DNA of 62,293 bases, counting the filler, from Stramenopiles sp. TOSAG23-2 (Eukaryota): NCBI GenBank assembly GCA_900128395.1. It is 37 parts of 37 records of this genome, joined end to end, with 100 filler letters (N's around TTAATTAATTAA, not from the genome) between each part and the next. Parts side by side here need not be neighbours in the genome. Positions count along the whole stretch, not along the records: positions 59,142 to 62,293 come from LT651347.1; 36 more parts are not named here. The stretch is one strand, 5' to 3'. Below the pieces are notes generated by a model. The model made no database searches. It was not told the origin of the DNA and saw only the letters and a program-made list of their open reading frames with translations. How positions within the stretch are numbered: the stretch's first letter is position 1; each line of letters starts with the position of its first letter. Below, in pieces: positions 60,511-62,293 of this stretch. The position numbers and the translations under genes are program-made.

Positions 60511-61359
60511 ATGGCATCACTAACGAGAGAGAATAATAATAATAGTGATGATATAAATAAACTACAACATGAATTTAATAAAAAAAGTTCAATAAATGAC
60601 AATAATAATACTAAAAACAAGGACAATAACACTAATAAAAGTAATAAACCGTATAAAAGCAACAATAGCAAGTCAGCCTTGCGTGTATGTATAATTTGTA
60701 GACAAAGTAAGAAAAGAAATGAATATTCATCAACGCAATGGAAGAAAGTAAATGCTGGATCTAAATGTAAATCTTGTATTATGTCAAATCAGTCTAATAA
60801 GAATAACCTCAAGTCATCATCAACAAATTCTAATAGTAATAATAAAAATAATAATGATAATCCAACTACAAAACCTCTCATAGTAAAGCGTCGGCCTCAA
60901 ATGCCAGTTCCAGGCTTTGAAGAAACGTTAACGTGCTGTACAGATTGGCCTCAAACAAAAAAAGGAGAACCGCCAAGTGCGCAATCATTAGTATTCATGC
61001 CATTATTTGCTATCATTCATGGACCGTTACCAAATTATTGTAATGAATTACAACTATCAAATGCATTAAATTGGTGGACTGCTGCTTTACCTGCTTTTCC
61101 ATCATGGATTGATCGTTTGATACAAGCAGGTGTAAAAAGAGAATTATTAAAAATAGTATCTAAAAAACAAGATTTGAAGGGAAGGCCAAATGCATTGATA
61201 CCAAAAATAAAAGGTGGTGGGCATGGCAGTTTCCCACATATTAAAGGGAAAGTTCAAACTAGATTATTAGAGATGGATATTATGGTAAGCATTGAAATTT
61301 ATCAAGCTGTTGCTTGTATGTATAGTCAAAAGAAATTATCTGAAGAAGGTGCGCAATAG
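60511..61359 (+). CDS. Protein with an Stc1-like Cys4 zinc-binding motif and an unknown C-terminal domain
   Basis: CIICRQSKKRNEYSSTQWKK...SKCKSC; complete ORF divergent from the DUF4504-like gene. Confidence 0.65.
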   Translation: MASLTRENNNNSDDINKLQHEFNKKSSINDNNNTKNKDNNTNKSNKPYKSNNSKSALRVCIICRQSKKRNEYSSTQWKKVNAGSKCKSCIMSNQSNKNNLKSSSTNSNSNNKNNNDNPTTKPLIVKRRPQMPVPGFEETLTCCTDWPQTKKGEPPSAQSLVFMPLFAIIHGPLPNYCNELQLSNALNWWTAALPAFPSWIDRLIQAGVKRELLKIVSKKQDLKGRPNALIPKIKGGGHGSFPHIKGKVQTRLLEMDIMVSIEIYQAVACMYSQKKLSEEGAQ

Positions 61360-61550
61360 GTAGACAATACAGGGCAACAAATTTTTAAAAAGACATAAAG
61401 GTATATAATATTTATATGCATAATTTCACGCGCGGGGTATATAAGTGTGTATATATAATTCACGCGCGTATGTACTCGTAATACTTCGTATCATATATCT
61501 TTTCTCTCTCGTGTAAAATCTTGTCTCACTTCGTTTCACCCCATTTTTTT

Positions 61551-62293
61551 TTACATCAACAAATTTACCAATGCATATACACTGCCAACTACTGCTATCA
61601 CCAGTATTATATAAACATAACAATTATTACTAAAATGCCAACTAAATGGTGTTTCACTTCTTCCAAATTCTTCCTCACACAATTGTTTTGATTTTAATTG
61701 TAAAAAACCTGGTATTACCATAACTAATATCACCCCAAGTAATCCACATACATTGACAATCACTGTAATATCGACTAATAAACTAGCACCTAAGCAACTT
61801 AACCAAATAAATATCCAACGAGAAAAAACTTTCATTTTTGCTTCTGATAAACATTTCTTCCCACCATGTTTATACGATTTCGAAGGGCATAACATGGCAC
61901 GTGCACTATTTCCAACTGTATCTGCATATAACGTAAATGCCGATGTTACAGACACTACAGGATATAATCTAACGACATAGGAAATGAAAATAGTTACAAC
62001 ATTGCCACTTGATTTAGGATCTTCCGTTCCATTGTAATTTCTCCAATTTAATGTAATTAATTTTTGTATACCATAATGTGGATCCATCCCAAAATAATAT
62101 GCGGCAATTCCACCTAATGCCATGTAAACAGTACATGCAGTTCCCAATGCACCGAGAAAAACTTGTGGTGCTTTACTTTTATCACCAAGTAATTGAACTA
62201 AACCGGGTACACCTTGATGTGCTAGGAAAGCAAATATGAAATTCATAAAAGCAGTGCTAAAACCATTTATATCAAACCAAAATGGTACTTTTT
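61551..62293 (-). CDS. Amino-acid permease (Aa_trans; TMEM104-like), 5'-truncated
   Basis: FIFAFLAHQGVPGL, LITLNW, YPVVSVTSAFTLYA and PFSWHFS, with many TM helices. Confidence 0.8.
   Translation of the reverse strand, partial: KVPFWFDINGFSTAFMNFIFAFLAHQGVPGLVQLLGDKSKAPQVFLGALGTACTVYMALGGIAAYYFGMDPHYGIQKLITLNWRNYNGTEDPKSSGNVVTIFISYVVRLYPVVSVTSAFTLYADTVGNSARAMLCPSKSYKHGGKKCLSEAKMKVFSRWIFIWLSCLGASLLVDITVIVNVCGLLGVILVMVIPGFLQLKSKQLCEEEFGRSETPFSWHFSNNCYVYIILVIAVVGSVYALVNLLM

Noticed and set aside
1-62293. Alternative genetic code (ciliate-type stop reassignment)
   Set aside because: Long genes read through under the standard code and end in TAA, TAG or TGA.

Overview
This is not a continuous genomic region. 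It is 37 short contigs (27 of ~1.00 kb, then 10 of ~3.15-3.17 kb) joined by artificial N44-TTAATTAATTAA-N44 linkers, so adjacency across linkers means nothing. Most contigs come from an AT-rich unicellular eukaryote: GT-AG introns with (TA)CTAAC branch points, standard code, poly-Asn tracts, and COG7, PIG-F, REEP, BCH-RhoGAP, APC15-like, TTC13-like and ABP34-like genes. Frequent local inversions and duplications fit a multiple-displacement-amplified single-cell genome. A marine bacterivorous stramenopile (MAST-like) is my inference, not a determination. One contig (25384-26385) is picocyanobacterial (Prochlorococcus-like cobW plus a pentapeptide gene; prey or contaminant), and one (28690-29691) may be viral. 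I found no rRNA, tRNA or CRISPR array. The best leads are: (1) a 114-bp RCC1/BLIP-II-like repeat array with a near-invariant scaffold and two hypervariable patches; (2) a probable AMT1/MTA1-type 6mA DNA methyltransferase N-terminus; (3) a TACCAC-N2-4-GTGGTA palindrome recurring in four contigs; (4) long intergenic hairpins and MITE-like fold-backs; (5) unusual fusions (PX-LAMTOR1-like, secretory FKBP-ankyrin, secreted animal-type transglutaminase). All family calls come from recalled motifs; no database search was run.
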